Shown here: positions 1 through 12,220 of the stretch, one piece after another | How positions within the stretch are numbered: the first letter of the stretch is position 1 | How the letters are laid out: each line of letters begins with the position of its first letter | Source: Epithemia pelagica | Taxonomy: Eukaryota > Protista > Bacillariophyta | Direction: 5' to 3' | Assembly: GCA_946965045.2 (NCBI GenBank) | Contig: OX337228.1 | Span: forward strand, 5,518,001-5,582,000 | DNA: 64,000 nt | The notes under the pieces: generated by a model | What the model saw: the letters and a program-made list of their open reading frames with translations, nothing else | Told to the model about the DNA's origin: nothing | Databases searched by the model: none | Made by a program: the position numbers and the translations under genes

Positions 1-740
1 GTGGACGGCGGTGGCTTCGTTGCGTTGGTGGCGGCGAACTTGGAGTGGGCTTGCATGGTCGCTGTTTTGCAGGGGGCTTGGTTGTTGCTGGCGAAGTTTT
101 CGTTCTGGCGGGTACTCAGTGGCGAGGCGAACTTTTCCGACACTGTGAGTGGAGATCGTTGGGCTGCTTCATTTTGTTTGGCGACGGGGTGGTTGTGGCG
201 ATGATGACGTGGCTTGGACTCTTCTGTTGCTGAGTGGTGGTGACGGCGCCAATCGACGACGTGTCGGTTTCCGTTTCTGTCGGTCTGTGTCCCGGTTGTC
301 TGGGTGGACGGTGGGGTGGCATGGTGGTGTTCGTGGCGAGTAGTTGTGGTTGGCTGTCCTTCGAAGGAGTTGGCGGTGTCGGTGTCGATGACGACGTGTT
401 TGTGGGGTTGTTGGTGTCGATTCTGCTGGGTGGCGCTTGGTCGGCCATCCGTGTGCTTCCCTTTTGGCGTGGAGGCGGTGTGGGGTGGCTGGTTGGTGGC
501 CATGGCGTGGCGGTGTTGTCCTTGTTGCGGAGGTGTGCCTTTTCTGTTTTTGGTTTTGTTTCGTCGATTTGGGAGTATGTCCATGGTGAAGGTGAGGTTC
601 GCCTGGCTGCGAGCGGGGCGACGGTGTACCAGCGGGGGTGCTGTCACCGAGGCGGGCGAGGTGAATCGTGTCATGGCCGTTGGCAGTTGTTTGCAGGAAA
701 GTGCCGGTGCGTGCCAAGGCGGGTCCGCGTCCGCCGCCAT
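1..740 (-). CDS. 5' part of an unknown low-complexity (His/Thr/Gln/Pro-rich) protein, running off the window start
   Basis: Manual translation from the ATG at 740 (MAADADPPWHAPALSC...) has no stop down to position 1. There is an in-frame stop just upstream and TATAAA at 807-802 on the minus strand. It is absent from the ORF track because it has no stop in the window. Confidence 0.55.
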   Translation of the reverse strand, partial: MAADADPPWHAPALSCKQLPTAMTRFTSPASVTAPPLVHRRPARSQANLTFTMDILPNRRNKTKNRKGTPPQQGQHRHAMATNQPPHTASTPKGKHTDGRPSATQQNRHQQPHKHVVIDTDTANSFEGQPTTTTRHEHHHATPPSTQTTGTQTDRNGNRHVVDWRRHHHSATEESKPRHHRHNHPVAKQNEAAQRSPLTVSEKFASPLSTRQNENFASNNQAPCKTATMQAHSKFAATNATKPPPS

Positions 741-1330
741 CGTTGCTGGCGCCGTTATGTCACGGGAGTGTTAGGTGTACGACAGAGGAGGCCGGCCGTC
801 CTTTATAGTTTTCTGTCTCTTGTTTCTCCTGTTACAGCTCGGAAACTCAACGGGACAGTGGAATAGAGACGGTTGGTCCAAGAAGACGTGAGGTGATGGG
901 CGATGCCAACAAAAGGTATCTTCAGCGACCGACGGTGGCGCGAAAATCTGGGAAACGCTTCTGGGTCGCTCCAAATGTCACCTTCGAAATAGCTATGACA
1001 ATAATCATCTCTTCTAAGGATAAAAAATGAATAGGAGTAATGGAGGTCCCCATCTCGTATGTCATCTGTCATCTGTCGTTCCCTGTTGGCCCTACGAGAA
1101 AGACACGTCAATTTGCGTTCTTTATCGAATCACAAACTCTGCGAACGGATGGAAAATACGTCATAAGGCAGGCAGCAAGAGGTGTCCGCCTTCCGCCTAG
1201 ATGTACTTTTCTACAATGCTAGTGCCAAGATAGACGGTGCTTCGGTGTAGAATGGTAAAGGGTATCGAAATGAATGAAAGAAAGACGTACGAGTTCCAAT
1301 ATTTATCAACTTGACACCTAGATCCTAACT

Positions 1331-3365
1331 CTAGCCGCTTTGCGATTTCAGCCACTTATCGTACTTGCCCTGCTGTGTTTTGAACAACTTTTGAGCCTTC
1401 TTCTTTTGGTTTTTGTTGAGTTCTTCATCATTCGAATCGTGGGTTGGAACGCCTTCGTCGTCAAACTTGGTGTACATCGGAGTAGTTTCGTCTTCTAAGG
1501 TCAATTGTTTCATGTATTCGGACGGCGACAACTTGTTGAGAGCTTCTTTCTTTGCGGCCTCCGCATCCTTGGCCGCCTTTTCTTCCGCCTTTCGCTCCAT
1601 TTCGGCCTTACGCTGTTCCATTTCCCTTCGCAAATCATCTGGGTTTGCCAACTTCCAAACTGACCCATCGCTCTTATCTTCTAGACGAACTCCTAGTTGA
1701 GGCAGGGCTTCGTCACGGAAACTATCGCAAAGCTCCAAAACGCCTGATAAATCCTTGTTACGCGCCTTCTCTCGGACTGCACTGCGAAAAGACATTAGGG
1801 CATCCAGAACAGGAGCCAAATGATCTTCTCTCGAGGTGCCTCCAGACGCAGAATCGTCGTTCGATGAGAAACCAATAGAACCTAGGCCGTTCAATCCAAA
1901 CAAATCAAGGATTCGGGTAATGTAGGAGGCAACATTCCGAACCACAAGACCAATGGTCTCTCCGCTAGGCGACTCCATGTACACGTTTGTGGCCTTGACA
2001 AGATCGTACAGAATATTGATACAAGCCGGTGTATCGAAATCATCCCGAAGAGCTTCGTCTACTTTGTTCTGGCTGTCAATCAGAGCCTTTTGTAGTGCTA
2101 CTGTTTGTGAAGACCATGCTTGGCTCTCTTTCAATGTCTTGGTTCGAAGAAAAGCCTTGGCGTTATGAAAGAATTCCACAAAGCGTCGTTCCAGGTCCAG
2201 TGTAGGTGCCATCGTATCATCCCCATAATCCATGGGAGCATTGTACTTAGTTCGAAGAAAGAGCAATCGAATCTGTCGGGCGGTATTAACTTCCAGCGCT
2301 TGTTGAATAGTGATAAAATTCTTGAGCGATTTGGACATTTTTAAGCCACGAATATGCAAATGACCCGAATGGACAAAGTAGTTGACCCACTGTTCATGGC
2401 CGCAATGAGCTTCGGCCTGCGCCATTTCATTGTCGTGATGAGGGAATTTCAAATCAATTCCTCCCGAATGAATATCCATTTTGGTGTCACCCGTCAATTT
2501 CTGGAAGACATCACTGGCCATGACGGAACATTCGATATGCCACCCAGGACGACCAGGGCCCCAGGGAGACTCCCAGACAGGTTCTCCTGGTTTGGCCTTT
2601 TTCCACAGAGCGAAATCGCGCTGCGACTTCTTCTCGTCGGTAAAACCTTGCGTCAACTTTCCTTCTCCCTCGGCCAAGAGAGCAGCATTGTGTATCTGTT
2701 CGGGAGCTAGTTTGCAATAGTGCATTTTGGGCGTGTTCTCAAAGGCTTCTACTGCAAAATAGACGGATCCATTGGACTCATAGGCAAGCTTCTTGTCGAT
2801 GATTGTCTGTATATAAGATACAACTTCATCCATGTATTCCGTGACGCGAGTGACAACCGTTGGGGTTGCTACATAAAGATCGCGCATGTCTTTGTGGAAC
2901 TCTTCTTCAAAATGGCGAGTGAGTTCCATGTGATGGATCTTCCTCTCGGCACTCCTCTCTACAATTTTGTCGTCAATATCTGTAATGTTCATCACCAATG
3001 TGACTTCATAACCAAAATAATTCTCCAAAATCCGACGGATAATGTCAAATCCTAAATAGGTTCGAGCATGGCCCATGTGACTTTCGGCGTAAACAGTTGG
3101 ACCGCACCTGTCAAGACAAACACGACGAGACTAACAGTCAGATGTTTCATTCTCAATGAAGCAACAACAACGTCGGCCAGACGTACATGTACCAAGTGAC
3201 CTGACGAGTTCCATCTTGAGGGATGAAGGACTCTTTTTGACGAGTTAAGGAATTCATTATTTTCAAGCCCGTTTCGTGTTGAACCACCGTGGGTGCAGGT
3301 TTCTGCCATGGTCGAAGAATCGACTTTTTGTCATTCTCACTTTTGGCTTCAGCTTCGGTCGTCAT
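1331..3365 (-). CDS. CARS: Cysteinyl-tRNA synthetase, cytosolic type
   Basis: Exons 3365-3187 and 3107-1331; intron 3108-3186 (GTACGT...CAG) joins WYM|CGPTVY. Motifs: HMGH (HIGH), GRPGWHIECS, GGIDLKFPHHDNE, KMSKS, plus the eukaryotic C-terminal extension. An alternative in-frame ATG lies at 3506. Confidence 0.97.
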
Positions 3366-3853
3366 GGTTGTGGCAGTGCCAGTGTCAATCTTCTCCTTGC
3401 TATCAGCGTGGCGTCCGTTGATCAAAGAGCGAGTATCAATATCCACCTTTATGTAACTTAAGGCCATGCGCAACTCGTCCGATGACAGACTAAAGTTGGT
3501 TGCCATTCCTCTTCAATGGTGTTTGAGATCTGAGATTCGACCCACAAAAGAGCGAGAGATGGCGGGAACTCCCCACTCTCCACCAGCAGGCTGTCCGGTG
3601 CGCGTCTGGCCTCGCCTCACGACCACGAAACGAAAAGGCCTTTTCTCTCGCCGTTCCAGTGCGACCGACCAGCAGATTAACACGCGACTACCCCAACCCA
3701 GATTTTTTGCTGCCAACGACCAACAATACACGTCATTTGGGCGCCCTCGTGTTTTCTACCCATCACTTTCGGTCCATGTGAACATAAACGACGTCTTGTT
3801 GTTGATTCATCTTTGTCTCTGCCTACTCATTGTTGCTGTATTCGACGTATTCC

Positions 3854-4682
3854 ATGTCTCTCTGGGTCCAGATTTGTAGAGTGGCGGCACTTTGTTTGCT
3901 GTGGCTCTCATCCTGCAATGCGTTTGTGGTGTCGAATCCATCCCCATCTCTGTTTCAGACCACGAGATTGCCCTCTCCTCAGCAGGAAAATGGTCTCAAG
4001 ATGGCTCCAGAAGATCTATGGACATCGTACAACATTGCCTTACAGGAATCACCGCTTTTGGTCAAGAGTTTGACGGCCGGTGTGATTTTGGGAGCGGCAG
4101 ATGTGGCCGGCCAAGCCATTGAATCAGCCCGTACTGAAGAGAGCGAAGACAAAACCTTGATTCTCGACGACGACGAGTCGACACCATCGTTTGATTTGGC
4201 TCGGGCATTACGATTTGCCGTGTTTGGTCTTGTCTTGCAAGCGGTACGTATGTGTGACTCTTAAAAACAATGGTGCGACACTGTGGTCCACACAACTCTG
4301 ACCTGCATGTGCCTTGTCTATTCCGTAGCCGTGGAATCATTTCTACTATTTGATGCTCGACGGAGCCATTCCTCCGACCGAAGAGCCCTTTACTTCCACC
4401 AACTTTGTCAAGGTGGTGATTGATCAATTTGTACAGGCACCCGTTTTCACCGTTCTCATTTTTATTTTTCTAGGTGTCCTCGAAGGAAAACAATTTGAGT
4501 CGATTCAAAAACAACTTCAAACGGACTACAAAGACACTATAGTAGCGAACTGGAAGCTGTGGGTGCCCGCAACTGTTGTAAATATTGGCTTCGTCCCTCC
4601 TATTCTGAGAGTTTTGTACTTGAACGTGGTTTTCTTCTTTTGGAGCATCTATTTGTCCTTGGTACTCAACAAAAAAGAATAG
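3854..4682 (+). CDS. Mpv17/PMP22 family protein with plastid-type bipartite presequence
   Basis: Exons 3854-4243 and 4329-4682 (intron 4244-4328). Motifs: PLLVKSLTAGVI, RALRFAVFG, KVVIDQFVQAP, NWKLWVP. Signal cleavage at SCNA-FVV. Confidence 0.9.
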
Positions 4683-4771
4683 ATATTCGAAATGGTGACT
4701 TCTACTACTTCATATCCATGTATACATAATCTTTGTTCAAACTCTACCACGTTTGCTTCTTGTATTCCCGC

Positions 4772-6525
4772 TCAGAAACAGTCAGCCACCACATAGGGGC
4801 TTGAATTGTGGATTTTGGTTGTCGTGAGAGCATTCAACGTAAATTCTGCGAGATCCACATGAGATATCGGAACAGGACCAGGTTGCTATAATATTTAACA
4901 AAGAAAGTAGAGTGGGGTGAGATTTCACACTCGTTGCTACGAGACATGTTGCATCAAAGATAAAGACGTACCGATTTGGAGGCGAACAACCTTTTGCACC
5001 CAGGCCCATTCTGCAAAAGAATGGTTGGCCGGGTCACAAGAAAAGAAAAATGAGGCGCCTTTGGGTTTTGATTTTCATCGTTGTTGTTGGTACTTGTCCG
5101 TAGACCGTGTTCGGTTGCAATTCGTTTCATCACGGCATCCAAGTCGAGCATAAACTGATCTCTTCGGCGAGTAGTAGTCTTGACGACTTTAGAAAACACG
5201 GGCGTTCGTCCTGTGATATCCGAAGCAAGAGATGTGGCCTGTAAAAGAAAAACCTGCATCGATTCCTGCCTTCGCATCATGACATAAAGCTTGCATACCA
5301 ACTTTGATAGGAAAAGGACAGGATACTCCGAGTTTCTACGCGGAAGAAGGTCATTGATCATGACTACCACGTAACTGGCCTCGTTCAATAGAATTTCGAG
5401 CTGCTGAGTATCCTCCATTTCGGCCTTCAAAATCTTCCAGGGAGCCTTGCCAGGTGTTTGTCGCGGATCGTCCGATGGTAGGCAGCGTACATTATATCCG
5501 GCATCCAACGCCGAGTACAAGAAGCGACTTCCAGTCATACCCGATGCTCCGAGTAGAGCTATCGTTTGTGCATTTGCAAAGCAAACACTTTCCCCCTCTT
5601 GATGGGACAGAAGCGATGTTCGCGTGACAGAAGTTCGGACCCCACTGGCTCTGCTGCCCGTTCCTCCACTGGTCCTCGTACGGTACCCTGTACCTCCTGT
5701 ACCGCTATCACGAGTGGACTTGCTTGTCACTGTTCGATCTTCGGCAGAGCTTCGTCGTGTCCTGTGCTTTGTGGAATTGCGGCTTTCTCCCGACCTTGTA
5801 CGCTGTGAGTAGGAGTTTCTGCCCTCCTGATCATCCCTGCTTTTGGCGCTCTCCAGATCATGTCGCCAATCATCTTTGAATTCGCTGGAGAGATTCCCAT
5901 CGGCACTATAGGAGCGAGATTTGGTATCCTTGGCTTTAAAGTCCTGGTCATCTCGTTTATAGGACTGTGACGAAACTCTTTCGCGTTGAGGAGAACGTTG
6001 TCTTGATTTAGACCTAGATCTAGTTCCATTTCCGGCAGCTTTGTGCGCTCGTGATCGACCCCTGTCTTCATCCGAGCGATTCTTAGCATTTGAGAGAATG
6101 CTACGGTCACTGTGACTCCTCTTGATGGAATTCTCATATCGTTTCTTGTAGTCGCCTACAGAGGAACTGGTCGATGACCCTTGACGTCCAGATGAAGCCA
6201 TTGAGTATCTTTCACCGTCCACCACATCTGACCTGCTCTTACGAAGAGATCTATCAGAGTCGGCCGATTCCTGGAAGTCATGTGACTCTTTCGCCCGGTC
6301 TTCCATTCGAGCATCATTCCGATGACCTCCGGAACGTTGACGGCGTGACACAGGTGCAGGAGCCCCTGGTATAGGCACCATGGGCATGGATCGTTGACTT
6401 GTTCGTCCCATCTTCCGTGTCGTCTTGTGGTGAGGTTTGAAATCTGAACACCAGAGAGGATGATGGTTTCTGGAAACAAAGGTGTTGCTGGTTCTTGTTG
6501 TACCTTCTGTTGTTCTGTCTTGCAT
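4772..6525 (-). CDS. NAD(P)-binding Rossmann (flavin reductase/BLVRB-like) domain with a long Arg/Ser-rich disordered N-terminus
   Basis: Exons 6525-4972 and 4885-4772 (intron 4886-4971). Motifs: IALLGASGMTG, LVTRPTIL, ISHVDLAEF. The start could be 6525 or 6411. Confidence 0.8.
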
Positions 6526-7184
6526 CTAAACCTGATCGCCAACCGAAAAGTGATGCCGACATACTCGTCACGCGCGAAATCTATGGACAGGATCGATGGA
6601 TTTTTGTAAGCCCTTTTCACAGGGCTTATATTCAAGAGAATGAGCATGCATCTTACCAAGCGCGGCGATACTTACAGATTTGATTCACCAACACCCTCAC
6701 ATTATTTCTCATAATCGATTACTACACAGCACCTCTGGCCATCTGCTGTGAACTTCTGCACTCTGCACAACCTGGACATATCCAATAAACTTCTGCGCAA
6801 GAGAATAAGAGTAATTGCTTCCCTGTCTTTATTCTTTTGTCTTTTGAGTAAAATAATGGTTCAAAGCTAGAAAGACAATAATTTACGGTGATATCAATGC
6901 TTCGTCTCGTAGCTACGCAAGACGGAGTGTATGAATGAGCTGCCTGGGGACCAGTCAGTCTCACACGACAGTACTAGCTAGTTGTTGATGATCCTCCAAG
7001 ACCCAATGAACTTTCATAGGAGTACATTTCTCAAGACACGTTACACATAGTCTTTGTCGTTGTGCGAGTCCAGCGGATCACCACCGGATGCCGTGGACAT
7101 AGAAATCAGGATGAGCAAATTTCCCGACGGAAACAAATAATATATAGTTGTTGGTTGGATTCCCACATGTATTCCTGCAGACAA

Positions 7185-7971
7185 TCATCTGGATTCGTTG
7201 GCATTGAGCATAATGCTCAAAATAATGGTCCATATAAAGAATACAACATTCACATACAAGACACGGAGTGCCGGTCTCACAAACGCCATGTTCAACAGAG
7301 ACGCTGGAATCCATAGTTTCCCTGAACATAACAAAACGCGCGCATGAGAAAAAAAACACGAGGCCTCACGTATGGTTTCTCGACACAAGAGGTGCAATCC
7401 ACCAAAAGTACGTACAATTGGCCACGAGAGCATCCCAAAAGTTGACCAGGAGATCCTCCTTGACACCCTCGATTCCAGTTCCCTTGAGAATGGCTAGGGC
7501 GGCAATAATCAGTGCCAACAAAATGGGTGCTTGCAAGGCTTGATCAATCACCAGTTTGACAACCGTGGTGAGAGTCCAGGGCGATTCCGTGGGTGGCAGG
7601 TACAAATCCAAATAATAAAAGTAGACATGGGACCAACTGGCACCAAACAATCCAATCAGGGCAAATCGCAACGTTCGCATCCAATCCATACCCTCCAGTG
7701 TATTGGTCCCACGACAATGTTCGACTCCTTGGCCGGCCAGGTCTCCCAACCCAAGAATGAAAAAGGCAGTAATACACTTGACCAAGATGGGATTCCGGTC
7801 CAAGTGGTAATTGTAGGATTTCCACCAAGAATGGGTCGACAACTGTTTTTCTCCTTCTTCATTGGATGTCCTGTCTTCTTCGTCCTTATTATTATGGTTC
7901 TGGTGCCCACCCACTTGTTCCAGCAATTGGTGATGCAACAAGAGTGGTGATTTTTCGTTTGACCCAGACAT
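7185..7971 (-). CDS. Mpv17/PMP22 family protein without a signal peptide
   Basis: Exons 7971-7416 and 7321-7185 (intron 7322-7415 joins AN-W|KLWIP). Motifs: PILVKCITA, RTLRFALIG, KLVIDQALQAP. The start is uncertain. Confidence 0.88.
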
Positions 7972-8920
7972 GGTGAGCCGCCTATAGAGAGTGATGAAGA
8001 AGTAAATCCAGAAGATCCAGAGCAAGGATCTGGTTGCTGTCTTCCAAGCAACTTCGCTGTCGTTTCCAGGATATTGTCTGGTCCCTCGTCGTCGTCGTCT
8101 CTCTTCTCTCTTCCCATAAAAGAGCTGCACCTTCGTTCTATCTCTGCGTCTATTCTATGGTAACCTTAGTTGAAATGAGGCGACTCGTGCGACTGCTACA
8201 CTTTCATTTACTGTGACGTGTACTTTGGAAGAAAGTGAGATTCGACGAGTGGAAGGACCTCCTCCTTCTGTTCTGCGTGTGTCTGCGTGTCTGCCAGGAT
8301 TCGTTCCATTCCAACCAATGCCGCGGTTCTGGTGATTCTGTTTGCTCCGCATCGCTGGCTGGCTCGCTACCGACTACCGATCACAGAAACAGGACTCTTT
8401 GGCAAGACCAAGCGAACCCAAAGTACACGAAAACCTATAGTCAAGGTCGCCTGCTGGCCGCGAAAACAAGCCAGCCAAACACGCGAAAGGTGCGAACGAG
8501 GGCATTGGGGATCAAGGTTTCGCCCCATCGCCTTTATCGCCTTCATCGTTGTGGTACGAATGATTTTCTCTGAAACAAGAAAGGTGTTGTTTGTTGTTGT
8601 CTTCTGTTTCCCCCATCTGCTGCTGAGTATTGAAAGAAGGACGTTGTCTGCCAACGATCCATCGTCGTCATCACAGTGGTACTTTGAATTCAAGAATACA
8701 CAACCGAGATTGATTGATCGAGGCCGACCCGTGAGGTGTGGATCGTGAGACTCCTCCTCTTTCGGATTCAGGTTTACCAGCAGGAGTCGGACCATCGTTG
8801 GGCGACTCCACCTCCATTGGCGGTGCGGTGGGTTGCGTTTGAAAACGGTGTGACTGTTCACCCAGGCAAAAGAGTGTTTGGATTCCAGGAACAACAAGTG
8901 ACAACCGTAAAGCTTGAACA

Positions 8921-11900
8921 ATGGAACCGTCCATGGATCTCGAACATGTGGTGGTCCATGGGGAAACCCTCCATTCACAACCACAACAACAACCACAACA
9001 ACGACAAAGCACACCCACACCTTTGATTGTAAGGCGAACACAATCGTACGATGGGGCGCCCTTGTCGTCCACCATGGTGGATGGCAGTGCTGGAGGAGAA
9101 GGCGATGGATTAATGGCCGACTCGGAAAGTCCTTTGCATGCCTCGTTTGATGTCTCGCAGCTCAGTGTGTACCGACAACCACAACAACCACAACAAGCAG
9201 CAGAAGGAGGCACGGCCTGTACCAAGGCCGCCGCCACCTTTACTCGAAATTATTTGGATCTCGTATCGGCCGCCTCATCGTCTTCGTCGGCTTCTTCCAC
9301 GGCCAAGACGCCCTTGCGAATACGATTTCCTCGATCCTCGAGTAGTACCAAATCATCCACTAGTCACAGTAGCAATCATCACCAAAAGGCGAGTGGCAAA
9401 CAAACTCCGGCGTCGGCTCGACGCAAGCGACTCTTTGCCCGACGATTGTCACCGGCCGCCGTGCATCGACCCATGGTGCAACCGGTCCATGCCTCACAAT
9501 CCATTTTTTCGTGGCAGCACGACGCCATGGATGCCTCACCCGTCGTTGTCGTGGATGCGTCGGCCGCGACACCGGCACCAAAAAAAGCCGCTCCCAAACG
9601 GTCTCTGGGTACCGTCACGACGGTCGCCAATAGTACCATTTTGGAAACCACCACCGAGACCGATGACAGTGCCGAAACCCAACACCCCCACAATACTACC
9701 AACAACAACAACCATACAAATAATCACAACAATCATCACCCCCCGTCCTCCAATTCCTTTCGATTTGCCTCCTTTCCGGCATCCTTACCACGCATTCCGA
9801 CCCACTATGCCCCACAAAAACGAGGCCTTGTCCTCGAACGCGACAATACCGCACAAGCCACGACAGCAGCCCTTCCCGATGCCGTGGACGATTGGAACAA
9901 TACGTCCAATCACAGCCTTTCTCTTGATGCCGCTGCTGGTGCTGCCTCCGAGCCCTTTCCGCCACCACAAGCAACCGCCCCCTTTTATTCCAGTCTGGAA
10001 GATTTGGAGGATAGCATGAGTACATCCCCCATGGGGACACCGGTCGGACGACGACGATTAAATTTCAATTCCGTCCTCTCACCGGGAACCCCCAATGATG
10101 TGAAGATGCATTTTCAACAGAGTGGACAATGTTCCCCCATTCGAGGTATCCCTGAAGAAGATGGCGATTTAACCAGCACCACCATTCGATCCAGTACGGA
10201 GAAACAACCAGCACAATCACAGCACCAACAACCAGCACAACTCATGAACCAATCCTTGGGGAGTAGCAGCACTACGACAAGTACTAGTAGTAAGGCAGGG
10301 TCACGCCCCATGCCGGATATGAATGCTTTTGAAGGAGATGTTTCGCAGGACCATTCGGGAGATCACAAGGGATCCTCCTCAACGACACGATCGCAACCAC
10401 CTTCTCCCAAATTGCTCTGTCCGCCGACACCGGTGCGCACACCGGCCTGGGTCCATGCCCCCAACGACACGACTTCCAACCACCACCACCCGGCAGCATC
10501 CAATACCAGTGCGAGTAGTAGTAGCCAAAAGAAGCTCCTGCATCAAAAATTTGGACGACAAAACTCATTGATTGCGACCAAGGTCTTGGCGACCTGTTCG
10601 CAACGTGATTTGGATGGACGATCGTCACTGGAAAGCTCCTTGCTGTTGGAGGAAGACTCGAAACAGCACCACTCGCTCCAAAACGACAGTCGCACTGCCA
10701 CCAGCAGCAACAACAACAATAATAGTAGCAGTATCCTGACCTTTGCCGAGTCGGCAGCGGCGGCAACCGAACCCGAAACAGATCTAGCCTCGAGTGACCG
10801 AGATCAATCCTCGCAACATCACAGCGTTCACCACCTGGACGATGACGACGATGATGAGGAGGATTGGCTTCACGAACAAAAAGGAAAGTGCCGACTTTTT
10901 GACGACGAGGAAGAAGAAAAAGACGAACCATTTATTCAGGAAGTTGTGTCCATGTCGGCAAACTTTGATATACTGGGAATGTTGGGACGAGGCACCTTTG
11001 CCGACGTGTACAAGGTGAGATCCCGAAAGGATGGGAAACTGTACGCGGTCAAGAAACATCGACGACAATTTCGGGGAAGACGTGATAGAGAATTAACCTT
11101 GGCCGAAGTCCGTCACATGCAACGGCTTCAAAGGTCGTCCAACAACAAGAACCTGGCTTCCGCCGCCAAGTCCAGTTACAGTCTCTATCTTTTATTTTTC
11201 TATCAGGCATGGCAAGAAGACGGTTACTTTTTCATGCAAACAGAACTCTGTTGCCGTGACACCTGCCGAGAATTCATGGATGCATTACGGGCCAACTGGG
11301 TAACCAGTCGGACACGGTATCCCTGTCTCAAACGACTTCCGGCCCCTCTTGGTATTGCTGCTGGGAGCGATCAAGATATTATTGGACGACTCGTTCCGGA
11401 ACCCACGATATGGAAAATTTGCCACGACATTTGTGCAGGACTTAGCCACATTCACTCACATGGATTGGTTCACCACGATATCAAACCATCCAACATTTTT
11501 CTCGTTTCACATCCCCATTTCGGCGCCATGTGCAAAATTGGGGATTTTGGATTGACTGGAGACGTTGGAACTCTTGACGATGGCCAAGAAGGAGATCAGA
11601 AATACATGGCTCCCGAACTCTTGTCTTCGGACGTGAAACACCCAAGTTTCGACATTTTCAGTCTTGGGTTGACACTCTATGAGCTGGCATCTTGTCTTAG
11701 CTTTGAGGTACCTTCTGAAGGTCAGCTTTGGCATGATTTGAGGAGAGCGAGAAGGACAGCATCCGAGATTCCCTCATCGCGCGATCCAGACTTGGTCCAG
11801 TTGATTTGTCAGTTAATGGGTCCAGATCAAAACTCCCGACTCCTTGCCGATTCGGTTCTGCACAATGCAAAGGTTCAACGAGCCGGTACCGTCAAGGATG

Positions 11901-12088
11901 AGTTCCTCATGGCCTACATAAGCGATGTGGAAGAGTACGAACAAAGACTGAATGACATGGAAATTAAGACGGACGATCAAACTCCTCGTGTTCTTGGACG
12001 ACCACGGGTATGTGTCAGTCCTTCACTATCCATTCCCAACGCACCCCTGCTGTTCTCGTCTCCCAAACATGCCCCACCCTATGCATAA
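8921..12088 (+). CDS. WEE1: Wee1/Myt1-family cell-cycle kinase
   Basis: 1055-aa ORF. Motifs: LGRGTFADV, YAVKK, AWQEDGYFFMQTELC, HHDIKPSNIF, KIGDFG, EGDQKYMAPE. The long disordered N-terminus carries TP/SP sites and an LCPPTPVRTP motif. Confidence 0.92.
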   Translation: MEPSMDLEHVVVHGETLHSQPQQQPQQRQSTPTPLIVRRTQSYDGAPLSSTMVDGSAGGEGDGLMADSESPLHASFDVSQLSVYRQPQQPQQAAEGGTACTKAAATFTRNYLDLVSAASSSSSASSTAKTPLRIRFPRSSSSTKSSTSHSSNHHQKASGKQTPASARRKRLFARRLSPAAVHRPMVQPVHASQSIFSWQHDAMDASPVVVVDASAATPAPKKAAPKRSLGTVTTVANSTILETTTETDDSAETQHPHNTTNNNNHTNNHNNHHPPSSNSFRFASFPASLPRIPTHYAPQKRGLVLERDNTAQATTAALPDAVDDWNNTSNHSLSLDAAAGAASEPFPPPQATAPFYSSLEDLEDSMSTSPMGTPVGRRRLNFNSVLSPGTPNDVKMHFQQSGQCSPIRGIPEEDGDLTSTTIRSSTEKQPAQSQHQQPAQLMNQSLGSSSTTTSTSSKAGSRPMPDMNAFEGDVSQDHSGDHKGSSSTTRSQPPSPKLLCPPTPVRTPAWVHAPNDTTSNHHHPAASNTSASSSSQKKLLHQKFGRQNSLIATKVLATCSQRDLDGRSSLESSLLLEEDSKQHHSLQNDSRTATSSNNNNNSSSILTFAESAAAATEPETDLASSDRDQSSQHHSVHHLDDDDDDEEDWLHEQKGKCRLFDDEEEEKDEPFIQEVVSMSANFDILGMLGRGTFADVYKVRSRKDGKLYAVKKHRRQFRGRRDRELTLAEVRHMQRLQRSSNNKNLASAAKSSYSLYLLFFYQAWQEDGYFFMQTELCCRDTCREFMDALRANWVTSRTRYPCLKRLPAPLGIAAGSDQDIIGRLVPEPTIWKICHDICAGLSHIHSHGLVHHDIKPSNIFLVSHPHFGAMCKIGDFGLTGDVGTLDDGQEGDQKYMAPELLSSDVKHPSFDIFSLGLTLYELASCLSFEVPSEGQLWHDLRRARRTASEIPSSRDPDLVQLICQLMGPDQNSRLLADSVLHNAKVQRAGTVKDEFLMAYISDVEEYEQRLNDMEIKTDDQTPRVLGRPRVCVSPSLSIPNAPLLFSSPKHAPPYA

Positions 12089-12220
12089 TTCCATTGTTTC
12101 TTGAAGATTTTCACAGCAGTTAACCTAACTGCGTGTGCATGGCATCAATAGCTGGCACATTTGATATTATTAATATTCATTCTAGTACATTACGAATGCA
12201 TGACTCTATCTGGTTTTGTG

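Noticed and set aside
8235-9237. Overlapping ORFs 8287+, 8367- and 8671-
   Set aside because: They are antisense or alternate-frame shadows of the low-complexity Wee1 N-terminus and its promoter.
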